From: Eubacteriales bacterium
GTDB lineage: Bacteria; Bacillota; Clostridia; Oscillospirales; CAG-272
Length of the DNA: 64,000 nucleotides
Assembly (NCBI GenBank): GCA_045661245.1
Contig: JAZRFH010000002.1
Coordinates: 655-64,654 of the forward strand
Reading direction: 5' to 3'
Both the position numbers and the translations under genes were made by a program. The notes under the pieces were generated by a model, which was not told where the DNA came from, ran no database searches, and saw nothing but the letters and a program-made list of their open reading frames with translations. Shown here one piece after another: positions 18,312 to 28,800 of the stretch; position 1 is the stretch's first letter; each line of letters begins with the position of its first letter.

Positions 18312-20084
18312 ATGGAATTTGGAATTGGAAACATTTTAGGCTTGCTTTGCGGTCTTGCCCTCTTTCTTTACGGTATGGACGTTATGGGCGAGGGACTTAA
18401 AAAGAGCGCAGGAAACAGACTCAAAACAATTCTCGGTAAAATGACGTCAAACCCCATAAAGGGCTTCCTTCTAGGTCTTGTTGTAACTCTCGTAATTCAG
18501 TCGTCTAGTGCAACCACCGTTATGGTCGTCGGCTTCGTTAACTCGGGTGTTATGACGCTTATTCAGTCGGTCGGTGTTATTTTCGGTGCAAACGTAGGTA
18601 CGGCTATTACGGCTTGGCTTACAGCTCTTAACAGCCTTGGCGGTGAGAGCGGTGCAAGCCTTACGGGTGCGCTTTCGGTGCTTAAGCCTGACTCGTGGGT
18701 ACCCGTCGTTGCGCTTATCGGTATTTGCCTCGTAATGTTCGCGAAGAAAAACCGTAAGAAGGATATCGGCGCTATACTGCTCGGATTTGCAGTTCTTATG
18801 ACGGGTATGACGATGATGAGCGATGCGGTTGACCCTCTTAAAGAGAACGAGTCGTTTAAAAGCATACTCACTATGTTCGGCGATAATCCCTTCCTCGGTA
18901 TTATGGCAGGACTTATACTTACGGCAATAGTTCAGTCGTCATCTGCCTCGGTCGGTATACTTCAGGCTCTGACAATGACGGGTGTTATTACCTACGGTGC
19001 CGCAATTCCGATAGTAATGGGTCAAAATATAGGTACGTGCGTTACCGCTATGCTTTCATCTCTCGGCGCTAACAAAAACGGCAAGCGCGCGGCGGTTATA
19101 CATCTTTCATTCAACATAATAGGCGTTGGAGTAGTTTCGGTTTTATTCTATATACTTGATGCGTTTGTGAATTTTAAATTCCTCGACGGATATATTGACG
19201 CATGGGGCGTAGCAATAGTTCATACCTTATTTAAGCTTATATGCGTTGCTCTTATCGGTCCGTTCTATCGCCAGCTTGAAAAGCTCTCGTGCCTGATAAT
19301 ACGCGACAAGGCAAATTCCGAAGAGAGCACCAGCCTGCTTGACGAGCGTCTGCTTGACACCCCCGCAATCGCAGTAGACAGAGCAGCGCAGGTAACGCGT
19401 GATATGGCAGAGCTCTCATATACGGCTATGAAGGAAGCGTTTGCCCTGACGCGTGAGTTTGACAGCAAGCGTGCGTACTCAGTGCGTGAGCTTGAAGGAA
19501 AGGTTGACGGATATGAGGATGCGCTCGGCTCGTATCTTGTTAAGGTTTCGTCCTGCGCGCTTGACGATAAGAACTCGGCAGAGGTTACAAAGCTTTTGCA
19601 CATAATAGGCGACCTTGAGCGTATCTCCGACCATGCGGTAAATATCGTGGAGTCGGTTGAGGAGCTTAAGGAAAAGAAGATTGCTTTCTCTGAAGAGGCA
19701 AACCGTGAGATACAGGTTATGCTTTCTGCGGTAGAAGAAATACTCACTCTTACCTACGACGCGTTTATACACAACGACCTTGACAAGGCGCTTGATATCG
19801 AGCCGCTTGAGCAGGTTGTTGACAATTTGCGTGATGCTATAAAGCGCGGCCACATTTTAAGACTGCAAAAGAGCGAGTGTACTATAGAGCACGGCTTCGT
19901 GCTTTCCGACTTGCTTACAAACCTTGAGCGCGTTGCAGACCACTGCTCAAATATCGGCGGCTGTGTTATAGAGATTTCGGCTTACGACGCACTTGATATG
20001 CACAGATATCTTGCATCTGTAAAGCAGGGCAGTGAGAGATACGACGAAAAATACAAACAGTTTAGTGAAAAATACAGCGTTTAA
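18312..20084 (+). CDS. Na/Pi cotransporter family protein with a C-terminal PhoU-like domain
   Basis: 590 aa. The NaPi-II repeats contain QSSSATT and QSSSASV. The C-terminus has a duplicated PhoU-like helical region ending in ERI/VSDH and ERVADH. Confidence 0.85.
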   Translation: MEFGIGNILGLLCGLALFLYGMDVMGEGLKKSAGNRLKTILGKMTSNPIKGFLLGLVVTLVIQSSSATTVMVVGFVNSGVMTLIQSVGVIFGANVGTAITAWLTALNSLGGESGASLTGALSVLKPDSWVPVVALIGICLVMFAKKNRKKDIGAILLGFAVLMTGMTMMSDAVDPLKENESFKSILTMFGDNPFLGIMAGLILTAIVQSSSASVGILQALTMTGVITYGAAIPIVMGQNIGTCVTAMLSSLGANKNGKRAAVIHLSFNIIGVGVVSVLFYILDAFVNFKFLDGYIDAWGVAIVHTLFKLICVALIGPFYRQLEKLSCLIIRDKANSEESTSLLDERLLDTPAIAVDRAAQVTRDMAELSYTAMKEAFALTREFDSKRAYSVRELEGKVDGYEDALGSYLVKVSSCALDDKNSAEVTKLLHIIGDLERISDHAVNIVESVEELKEKKIAFSEEANREIQVMLSAVEEILTLTYDAFIHNDLDKALDIEPLEQVVDNLRDAIKRGHILRLQKSECTIEHGFVLSDLLTNLERVADHCSNIGGCVIEISAYDALDMHRYLASVKQGSERYDEKYKQFSEKYSV

Positions 20085-20111
20085 CTCAACGCTGGGTAGG
20101 GAGATATAAAA

Positions 20112-21398
20112 ATGGCTGATAAGCTTCATATAGAAACAAAATGCGTTCAGGGCGGCTACACCCCCGCAAACGGTGAGCCGAGGCAGATTCCGATTATCCA
20201 GAGCACAACGTTCAAATATGCGACGAGCGAGGATATGGGTAAGCTTTTTGACCTTGAGGCGTCGGGTTATTTCTATTCCAGACTTCAGAACCCAACATGC
20301 GATACGGTTGCAAGCCGTATTTGTGAGCTTGAGGGCGGTGCTGCGGCAATGCTGACGTCCTCGGGACAGGCGGCTAACTTCTTTGCAGTATTCAATATTG
20401 CATCAGAGGGCGACCACGTAGTGGCATCCAGTGCTATATACGGCGGTACTTACAACCTCTTTGCGGTTACTATGAAGCGTATGGGTATAGAATTTACCTT
20501 TGTTTCTCCCGACTCGACAAGAGAGGAGCTTGATGCCGCTTTCCGTCCAAACACCAAGGCGGTATTCGGTGAAACTATAGCCAACCCCGCACTCTCAGTG
20601 CTTGATATTGAGATGTTTGCAGAGGCGGCGCACGCACACGGCGTTCCGCTTATCGTAGACAACACCTTTGCAACACCCGTAAATTGCCGACCCTTTGAGT
20701 GGGGTGCAGATATTGTTACACACTCAACCACCAAGTATATGGACGGTCACGGCAGTGCGGTGGGCGGCTGTATAGTTGACAGCGGCAAATTTGACTGGAT
20801 GGCACACAAGGATAAGTTCCCCGGTCTTTGTACGCCCGACGATAGCTATCATGGAATTACTTATGCCGAAAAGTTTGGTAACGCGGGTGCGTTTATAACC
20901 AAGGCAACCGCACAGCTTATGCGTGACTTTGGTTGTACTCAGTCCCCCCAGAGCGCGTTTTACCTAGGCCTTGGCCTTGAAAGCCTGCATCTTCGTATGG
21001 CTCGCCACTGTGAAAACGGCCTTGCTGTTGCAAAGTTCTTAAAGTCACACAAAAACGTGACTTGGGTAACATATCCCGGCCTTGAGGGTGACAAATACTA
21101 CGAGCTTGCACAGAAATATATGCCGAATGGCACCTGTGGCGTTGTAAGCTTTGGCGTTAAGGGCGGCAGACGCGCGGCAGAGGCTATTATGAAGCAGCTT
21201 AAGCTCGGCGCTATCGAAACTCACGTGGCAGATGCACGTACCTGTTGCTTACACCCTGGTAGCGCAACTCACAGGCAAATGAATGACGAGGAGCTTGCGG
21301 CTGCGGGCGTATCGCCCGACCTTATCCGTTTTTCCTGCGGTATAGAAAACAAGGACGACCTTATAGCTGATTTGGAGCAAGCGCTTAATTCTATTTAA
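20112..21398 (+). CDS. metY: O-acetylhomoserine sulfhydrylase (aminocarboxypropyltransferase), PLP-dependent
   Basis: 428 aa. The PLP-lysine motif is HSTTKYMDGHG, and the layout fits the Cys/Met-metabolism PLP enzyme family. Confidence 0.9.
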   Translation: MADKLHIETKCVQGGYTPANGEPRQIPIIQSTTFKYATSEDMGKLFDLEASGYFYSRLQNPTCDTVASRICELEGGAAAMLTSSGQAANFFAVFNIASEGDHVVASSAIYGGTYNLFAVTMKRMGIEFTFVSPDSTREELDAAFRPNTKAVFGETIANPALSVLDIEMFAEAAHAHGVPLIVDNTFATPVNCRPFEWGADIVTHSTTKYMDGHGSAVGGCIVDSGKFDWMAHKDKFPGLCTPDDSYHGITYAEKFGNAGAFITKATAQLMRDFGCTQSPQSAFYLGLGLESLHLRMARHCENGLAVAKFLKSHKNVTWVTYPGLEGDKYYELAQKYMPNGTCGVVSFGVKGGRRAAEAIMKQLKLGAIETHVADARTCCLHPGSATHRQMNDEELAAAGVSPDLIRFSCGIENKDDLIADLEQALNSI

Positions 21399-21410
21399 AG
21401 GAGAAAAAGG

Positions 21411-22337
21411 ATGCCGATAAAAATTCCAAATGAGTTGCCCGCGGTCAAGGTTCTTGAAAAAGAGAACATCTTCGTTATGACAGAAAAAAGGGCAATTACT
21501 CAGGATATTCGACCCCTTAAAATACTGATACTTAATCTTATGCCGACGAAGATTGATACCGAAACTCAGCTTTCCCGTCTTCTCGGTAACACCCCTCTTC
21601 AGGTAGAGATTGAGCTGATACACACATCAACCCATAAATCCAAAAACACCTCAGAGGAGCACTTGCTCGCGTTTTACAAGGAGTTCGGAGATATTAAGCA
21701 CAACTATTACGACGGTATGATAATTACGGGCGCACCCGTTGAGAAGATGCCGTTTGAAGAGGTTGAGTATTGGGCCGAGCTTTGTGAGATAATGGATTGG
21801 ACGCGTACGCACGTGCACAGCACGCTTCATATTTGCTGGGGCGCGCAGGCGGGTCTTTACCATCACTACGGTATAAATAAATATATGATGGAAGAAAAGC
21901 TATCTGGAGTTTACGCACACACCGTGGATTACAAGCGCTCGATTCTTTTCCGCGGCTTTGACGAGGTGTTTTACGTTCCTCACTCTCGCTATACCACCGT
22001 TTTGCGAGAGGATATAGAGAGGGTAGAGGGCTTGCGCGTGCTTGCATCAAGCGAGAAGGCAGGTGTGTACGCGGTAATTACCCCCGGCGGCAAGCAGGTG
22101 TTTCTTACAGGCCACTCCGAGTATGATGCCGATACGCTTGAGAGGGAATATTTGCGCGATAAAGCACTCGGTATTTCACCGTCCGTGCCCGAGAACTATT
22201 ATCCTAATGACGACGATACTAAGCGCCCGATGCTTACCTGGCGCGCACACGCAACACTGCTCTTTACCAACTGGCTTAACTACTTCGTATATCAGACAAC
22301 GCCTTACGAGATTGATAAGATTAAGGAGCAGGGGTAG
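21411..22337 (+). CDS. metA: Homoserine O-acyltransferase (MetA family)
   Basis: 308 aa. The N-terminus [11 protein letters not shown]...ILNLMP and the HICWGAQA catalytic Cys region match MetA. Confidence 0.9.
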   Translation: MPIKIPNELPAVKVLEKENIFVMTEKRAITQDIRPLKILILNLMPTKIDTETQLSRLLGNTPLQVEIELIHTSTHKSKNTSEEHLLAFYKEFGDIKHNYYDGMIITGAPVEKMPFEEVEYWAELCEIMDWTRTHVHSTLHICWGAQAGLYHHYGINKYMMEEKLSGVYAHTVDYKRSILFRGFDEVFYVPHSRYTTVLREDIERVEGLRVLASSEKAGVYAVITPGGKQVFLTGHSEYDADTLEREYLRDKALGISPSVPENYYPNDDDTKRPMLTWRAHATLLFTNWLNYFVYQTTPYEIDKIKEQG

Positions 22338-22801
22338 GCCTTTCGCCAATGCGCAGTTAAATTCGGCTTTATAATGAAGCCTTACACATTTATAAAAGAG
22401 AGAATAATCGGTAAATGCCGTTTTGTTTTCTCTTTTTTTATAAGTTGGAGCTTGATTTTGAAGTAATTAAACAAAAGGTGATAACAGTGATAAAAAGTAA
22501 CTTTGGACATGATTTTTCGCGTTTTTATGCCGTCCGTTTTTTTGTCTTTTATACAACAAATTGCCAAATTAAACTAACAAATTATCATTGTTATTAAGTG
22601 GCCTTTATGCTATCATAGGGGTACAAATATGAATTGGTATGTTTGCATTAAACAATATTTACATATTATTTATTAGGGCATTGTTAAACATGCACAATTT
22701 AACTGCTGTGTTGCTATATAAACACAGCAAGGGGCGGCAGCTGCTCTTTTTGCCACCTGAAAAACTACAAAAGAGCAAAAAACAAAACGCGAGGTAGAAA
22801 A

Positions 22802-25800
22802 ATGAAAACATCAATCAAAAAATCGCGCAGAATCGTTATGAAAGGACTGGTGGTTGTTATGGCACTCTCACTCCTGATACAGCCGTTTTTAATCTTCGGC
22901 TCCGCCTCTGACAATGAGCAGTCTTATTCTACCGAAATTATGTCGGTAAAGGGCGGCAAGGACGCAATAGCTACCTTTACTGTTGACGACGGCTACAATC
23001 CCAACGACTTGGCCGTGTCTGCGCTTTTTGGTCAGTACGGCATGCCCGTATCACTTATGGTAGTGCCCGAGAGGGTTCTCGATACAGGCAAGTATGCTAA
23101 CTTCTCTACGGTAGAACAGCTGCGTGAGCTTGCGGCATCGGGCCTTATAGACATACAGAGCCATTCATACACTCACATGTATATGGCTGCGCCCGGGCAC
23201 GCAGATTATAAGGAAGGCAACAGCAACGAGGTAAACAGATACCGTGAAATCGTGCAGTCAAAGCAGTTTATTCTTGAAAACTTCCCGAATATAGACCCTG
23301 TAGCATTTGCCGTTCCCGGCGGGTCTTACGACGAGCCCTCGTTTGAGCTTGTTATGAAAACCTATTATGCAAGCCGTGCCGAATCGGGTATTGCCACGGG
23401 CACTTATCAGGTTCTTACTCCTGCCGACACTGCAGAGGCTGGCGGTTGGTATAATCTGCGCACACTGTGGCTCAGAAACGACGTTAATGAAATAAAGTCA
23501 TATCTTGATATCTGTGTTGCAAACGGCGGCTGGTTCTTAGCAGGCACGCACAGCATCATAGAGGGCGGCCCCAACTACGATATTACGTCAGAGAATCTTG
23601 CACTCGTGCTTGACAGTGTTAAGGAATATTCAGACGAGGGTAAGCTCTGGGTTGCATCGTTTGCCGATGCGGTTAAGTATCTGCGTGAGGTAGAAAATTC
23701 TACAGTTAAGCAGTACACCACCGATTTCGGTATGTACGTTGAGGTAAATATGGCCGATGCTACAGAGGGCGGTCTTCCTCTCTCGCGCGACATATTCGAT
23801 ATGCCCCTTACAGTTAAGGTAGAGATACCCGAGGGCTGGTCGAAGGTAAGATTCAGCCAGAAGGGCGTGCATACAACTGCAGATACATTTACAGAGGGCG
23901 GCAAGACCTTTGCGTATGCAGAGATTGTACCCAACAGCGGTGCTGTTCTTGTAACCGACGTAAACGACGAGCTTTCGCTTCGCACGGCAAACGCCACTCT
24001 TACCGATGCTCCCAACGGTGCTACGGCTATAGCAACGCTTACCTTTGACGACGGACTTGTACAGACGGCAACAAAGCTTAACGAGCTTTGCGCTGAGTAC
24101 GGCGTTAAGGCGTCGCTTATGCTTATATCTCAAAACGATAGAACTACAGCTAACGTTGATTTTTGGAATGCCCTTTTGGCAGACGGCAATCTTTCTGCAG
24201 AGGGTCACGGCAGATACCACGATTACATAGGCGGCAACCCGAATTATTACCCGGGTTATCAGGGCGGTTACAGACCCGAGGACGAAACAATCGAGAATAT
24301 AAACGACGAGATTTTGGGCTCTCTTGCAGATTTGCGCGAGATGTTCCCGACACAGGACGTTCTTGGATATACGGTTCCTTCGTCAAATTACATCGCAAAT
24401 GCATATAAGGTGCTTTATCAGAACTATTATGCGGCTCTTGGCGGTGAGTGCGTGCTTACAATTCCCGGCAACGAGGGCAGAAGGCAGCTGCTTGACCCCT
24501 ATACGAGTGACCCAACGACCGGTAGCTATAAAGCGGGCAGCTGGCATCAGCTTTATTACGTAAGGCTCCAGCCCGAGGCTCCGCGTAATAATCCTGCGGC
24601 ATACCCTCAGCTTACAATGGAAAATATTATAGGCTATCTTGACCAATGTGTAAATGAGGGCGGTTGGTTTATAACCAGCGCTCACGGTATGTATGAGGAC
24701 GGTTACATAGATTACACAGAGGAAGACCTTCGACAGTTAATGTCAAGAATAAGTGAGCATCAGAATGGCGGTAAGCTCTGGTCTGCTACCTTCTCCGACG
24801 CTACAAAGTATATAAGAGAGCGTCAGAATTCAACCATCGCTGTAACCACCTACGGTGACGGCATTTACTACGCAAACCTTACTATGGCAGATAAGACTGC
24901 AGAGGGTCTGCCCCTTAACGTTCTTGTTGATATGCCCGACGGCTCAAAGCGCCAGATATTCGATATGCCCCTGACAGTTAAGGTTGAGGTACCTACCGGC
25001 TGGTCTAAGATAGCTTACTCACAGGCAGGCGGTGACGAGCAGCTTGCAGATACGTTTACGGTAGGCGACAAGACCTACGCATACATCAATCTTGTTCCTA
25101 ACGGCGGCGAGGCTGTCTTCTATGCGGCTGTCGGTGGCTCGCTTGAGGGCGCAGTTCCCGAGGCACCCGCAGGCTCATATACTCAGCCTAAGGGCACGTT
25201 TGTTCCTACAGACGTAAACGTTACTTATGCCGCATGGGCAAACGAGAAGAGCTTCCTTGACGGCAACGCTCCTCTTAAGCAGTTCACAAGCACAACGCTT
25301 CTCAACACAGATATAGCCGGATACGGATATATTCACGTATACCGTGACCTTGAGTCCAGCGATAAGATTTATCCCACGGTAAATCTTGTTATAAACCTTG
25401 GCGGCAAGTCTATTACCACTCCTACAGGTAACAAAATAGAAAACGGTCTTACACTTACCATCAAGAACGGTACTTGGTTTAACGGTACGGGTAATCCGAA
25501 TGAGACGGGCCAGATACAGATAAGGCCTAACTGTAGCCATATAATTGAAAACGTTCACCTTATCAACAGAGGTCAGTGGGTAGGCTACGGAACAAAGTCT
25601 AACCTGTTCTTATTCAAGGATTCAAAGCTTGAGATAAACGGTCAGAACAGCTATTTCCATCTTGTAGCAAATGACGTATCAGACGTAGTCAGTGAGCTTA
25701 AGTTTATAAACACGGATATCATTGTTGGCGGCAGCATAAGTAAGGACGAAGGTCTTTTCTCTATCAAAAAGTCAGCAGGTACCGCAAAATGGAAGATAAC

Positions 25801-28800
25801 GCTTGACCGCAATTCTACCCTTCAGGGCAAGGTTGATAACTGGGTTAGCTGCTCAGAGTCGGCAGGCCAGGCATTCAGATACCAGCAGCAGATATTTATA
25901 GAAGAGGGCTTTACCTGCTCGGCAGATGCTAAGCCTACGTTCACCTACATAAAGACTACACTTAACAGTGATAATCAGACTACAACAACAAATAATTCTG
26001 CACCCGCAAACGACGCGATACTTAAGATGTCGGTTGTTTATCCCGGCACAGAGTACGCCCTTCTCGGCGAGCTCACCTACACCGATATCGGCGGTATGTA
26101 CACACTTACAGTTCCCGATGGTGCGATTGACGCTCCCGTCGGTTATTACATCACTCCCGAGGGCGCATGGACTCCTAAGGGCACGGGTGTAACATACGCT
26201 ATCTGGGATAAGGAGAGCGATTATCTTGCAGGCAAGGCACCGAGGGCGCAGTTTACCTCAACAACACTTGACTGCGAGGCACTTAAGGCGGGCGGATACG
26301 TGCATCTGTTTGCAAGCGTAACGGCAAATGACAAGGTGCTCTCGCCTGGTGGCGTAATGCTTACCGTAAACCTTGCAGGCCACACGCTTACGGCAAACAA
26401 CGGTTTTGGTACAGACTACTCCTCGTTTGGTCTTACTGTATGTAACGGTATCGTTTACAACGGCGGCCAGACCAACCTTAAGGACGGCAACGTTCTGTTT
26501 GACAATCTGCATATTTATCAGAATAAGTACGATTTGTCCTGGGGCGCTGTTGCAGACACCTGGACCTACCGCGACTGTATTCTTGAGATAAACTCACACG
26601 ACTCATACTACTTGCTCGGCGGTAATGAGCTTAGTCAGAATTCTTGCTTGAAGTTTGAGAATACCGACATTAAGGTAAACGGCTCTATAAGCAGCCAGTT
26701 CGGACTGTTTGCGATAACTCCCGAGTATCGGGGCATTTATAATTACACGATTATTTTTGACGGCAAATCTTCAATTATCGGTAACGTGCCGGTTCTGGTT
26801 TCCTGCCTTGGTGAAGACGGGAAGTTCGCCGGTGTGCAGACTGTGATAATTGAAGAGGGCTTTACGGCAAGCCAGGGCGCTGTTCCTAACTTCAAGTACA
26901 TCAAGGCTCCTATGCGTGATTATACTGCAGGTACTGAGAGCGTGCTTGATGCAAACGACACGCTTTGCAATATGTTCGTTTCGGCACGCGGTGAGGTAAC
27001 ACCTACACAAAAGGAATATTCGTTTGTTAAGAACGGCGAGCTTTATACGCTTACCCTCGCTACTGACGAGCCCGACGAGCCCGACGAGCCTGTAAATCCC
27101 GGTGCTTGGGCGCCCGCGGCTAACACTACCTATGCGGTTTGGCCGAGCCTTGAGGCATTTGAGCGCGGTGACGCACCCACCGCAGAGTACACAGGCAACA
27201 TAAGCGTTGCAAATCTTAAATCGGCAGGCGTCGGCTACGTACAGGTTTACAAAAACATCGCGTCTGCTGACTGGTGGCATATAGAAACAGGCGATAAGAT
27301 TATTATCGACCTTGGCGGCACTACATTTACAAGCACTCACGGTATTGAGATATACGGCGGAACCGAGCTTACGATACAGAACGGTAACTTAAATCACGAA
27401 GACGGTCAGATTTACTTTAATACTGTAAGCAAAATGACCTACCGTAACCTTGTAATTAACGTAACCTACGGTCAGACTATAACTTATGGCTACGGTTGCA
27501 CCGAGCTTGTATATGACGGATGTACAGTAACACTGAACAAATCCAATAACTATTTCCAGCTTGGCTCAACCAGCAATTCTTCTCCCTGCAGCTTGAAGAT
27601 TTTCGGCACGCAGTTCATTGTAAATACAAATCTTTCCGATTATTTCTTCAAATTTTCAGAAAACGGATATGACAACATAGACGCAAACTGGGAGATAATT
27701 ATAGACGGTGCTTCGTCTATCACAGGCACAGGCTCGATGCCCGGTCTTGTAGGACTTTATGAGTATTATGCTTATAACGGCGGCGACCGCTACGGTAAGT
27801 TTGAAAACACCCAGGTAATACGCATAGGCGAGGGCTTTAAAATTAGTAAGAATCTCGTTGCTTCTGTTGCAGTTTACACAGTAATTGAGGTTGATTACGA
27901 GGCATCAAGTGCTGCACATTCTGCAATATTCAAGAATGCTTCAACACTCTTGGCTAACGACGACAGATGTAAGATTTACATCGGTGATACTCTTGCAAGC
28001 GGTGCACCCCTTTACGCAAATCCCGACGCGAGCAGCGAGCTTTACAGCTTCAGTTATTCTATGGATAAAGAGAACGTAAGCTGGTACAGAGTTAACGCAG
28101 AGGGTCTGTATGTAGGTACACGTGCTAAAAAGAACGCAAACGGGGTTGCCGAGTTTAGTGCTCAAGACTTTAATACGTTCAATAAGGGTGAAACGATTTA
28201 TTTTGCTCAGGACGTAATAACGGTTGATAAGATTGAAACGAGCAATAAGAACAGAACAGATATTACATTTGACCTTGGCGGCAATAAGCTGATAATCGAG
28301 GGCGGCCGTATTACATTTGCTCTTTATTCAGCTCAAACCCTTCAGTACGAGTATCTCAGCTACACCTTCAAGAACGGTACTATTGATGCTAATATCAAGC
28401 AGTCCTTCTACGGCTCTGGTCATAAAGATGCTGTATTCACATTTGATAATATCACATTGAATTATAATTACGACGGCGGCGAATCCAATGCTCGTTTGCT
28501 TGACGTCTATGCGGGTACGTTCGTAATTAAAAATTCTACCGTAAATGCAACTCAGGGATGTGCAACCTTCTTCCAGCTTGGTAATAATTATCACGCAGTA
28601 AAGATTGAAAACTCTACTATCAACGCGCAGTACGCAATAGGTATGTATCAGAATGCACAGATGCGCCTTGATTACGATAACTTCTATATCAAGAATTCCG
28701 TGCTTAACTGTGAGGTGGCAGTGCTTCTTGTCGAGAACGATGCTTCTACTCAGGATAGCTTTATGAACCTTGATATTGTAGGCTCGAAAATCAATGCACC

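Noticed and set aside
20085-20111. Searched for an S-box (SAM) riboswitch or T-box leader upstream of metY-metA
   Set aside because: Only 27 nt separate the Na/Pi transporter stop from the metY start, so there is no room for a riboswitch.
No S-box-like sequence was seen upstream of the HD gene promoter either.
22382-22597. Overlapping 60-61-aa ORFs on both strands in the AT-rich region upstream of the giant gene
   Set aside because: Their sequences are low-complexity (K, F, I and L rich) and they lack an RBS.
They overlap each other on opposite strands.
They are most likely chance ORFs in AT-rich DNA.
27065-27091. A tandem 9-nt repeat (gacgagccc x3) that could be a contingency or variable-number locus
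   Set aside because: There are only three copies, they are in frame, and they encode a (DEP)3 interdomain linker.
The array is too short to call a hypermutable tract without population data.
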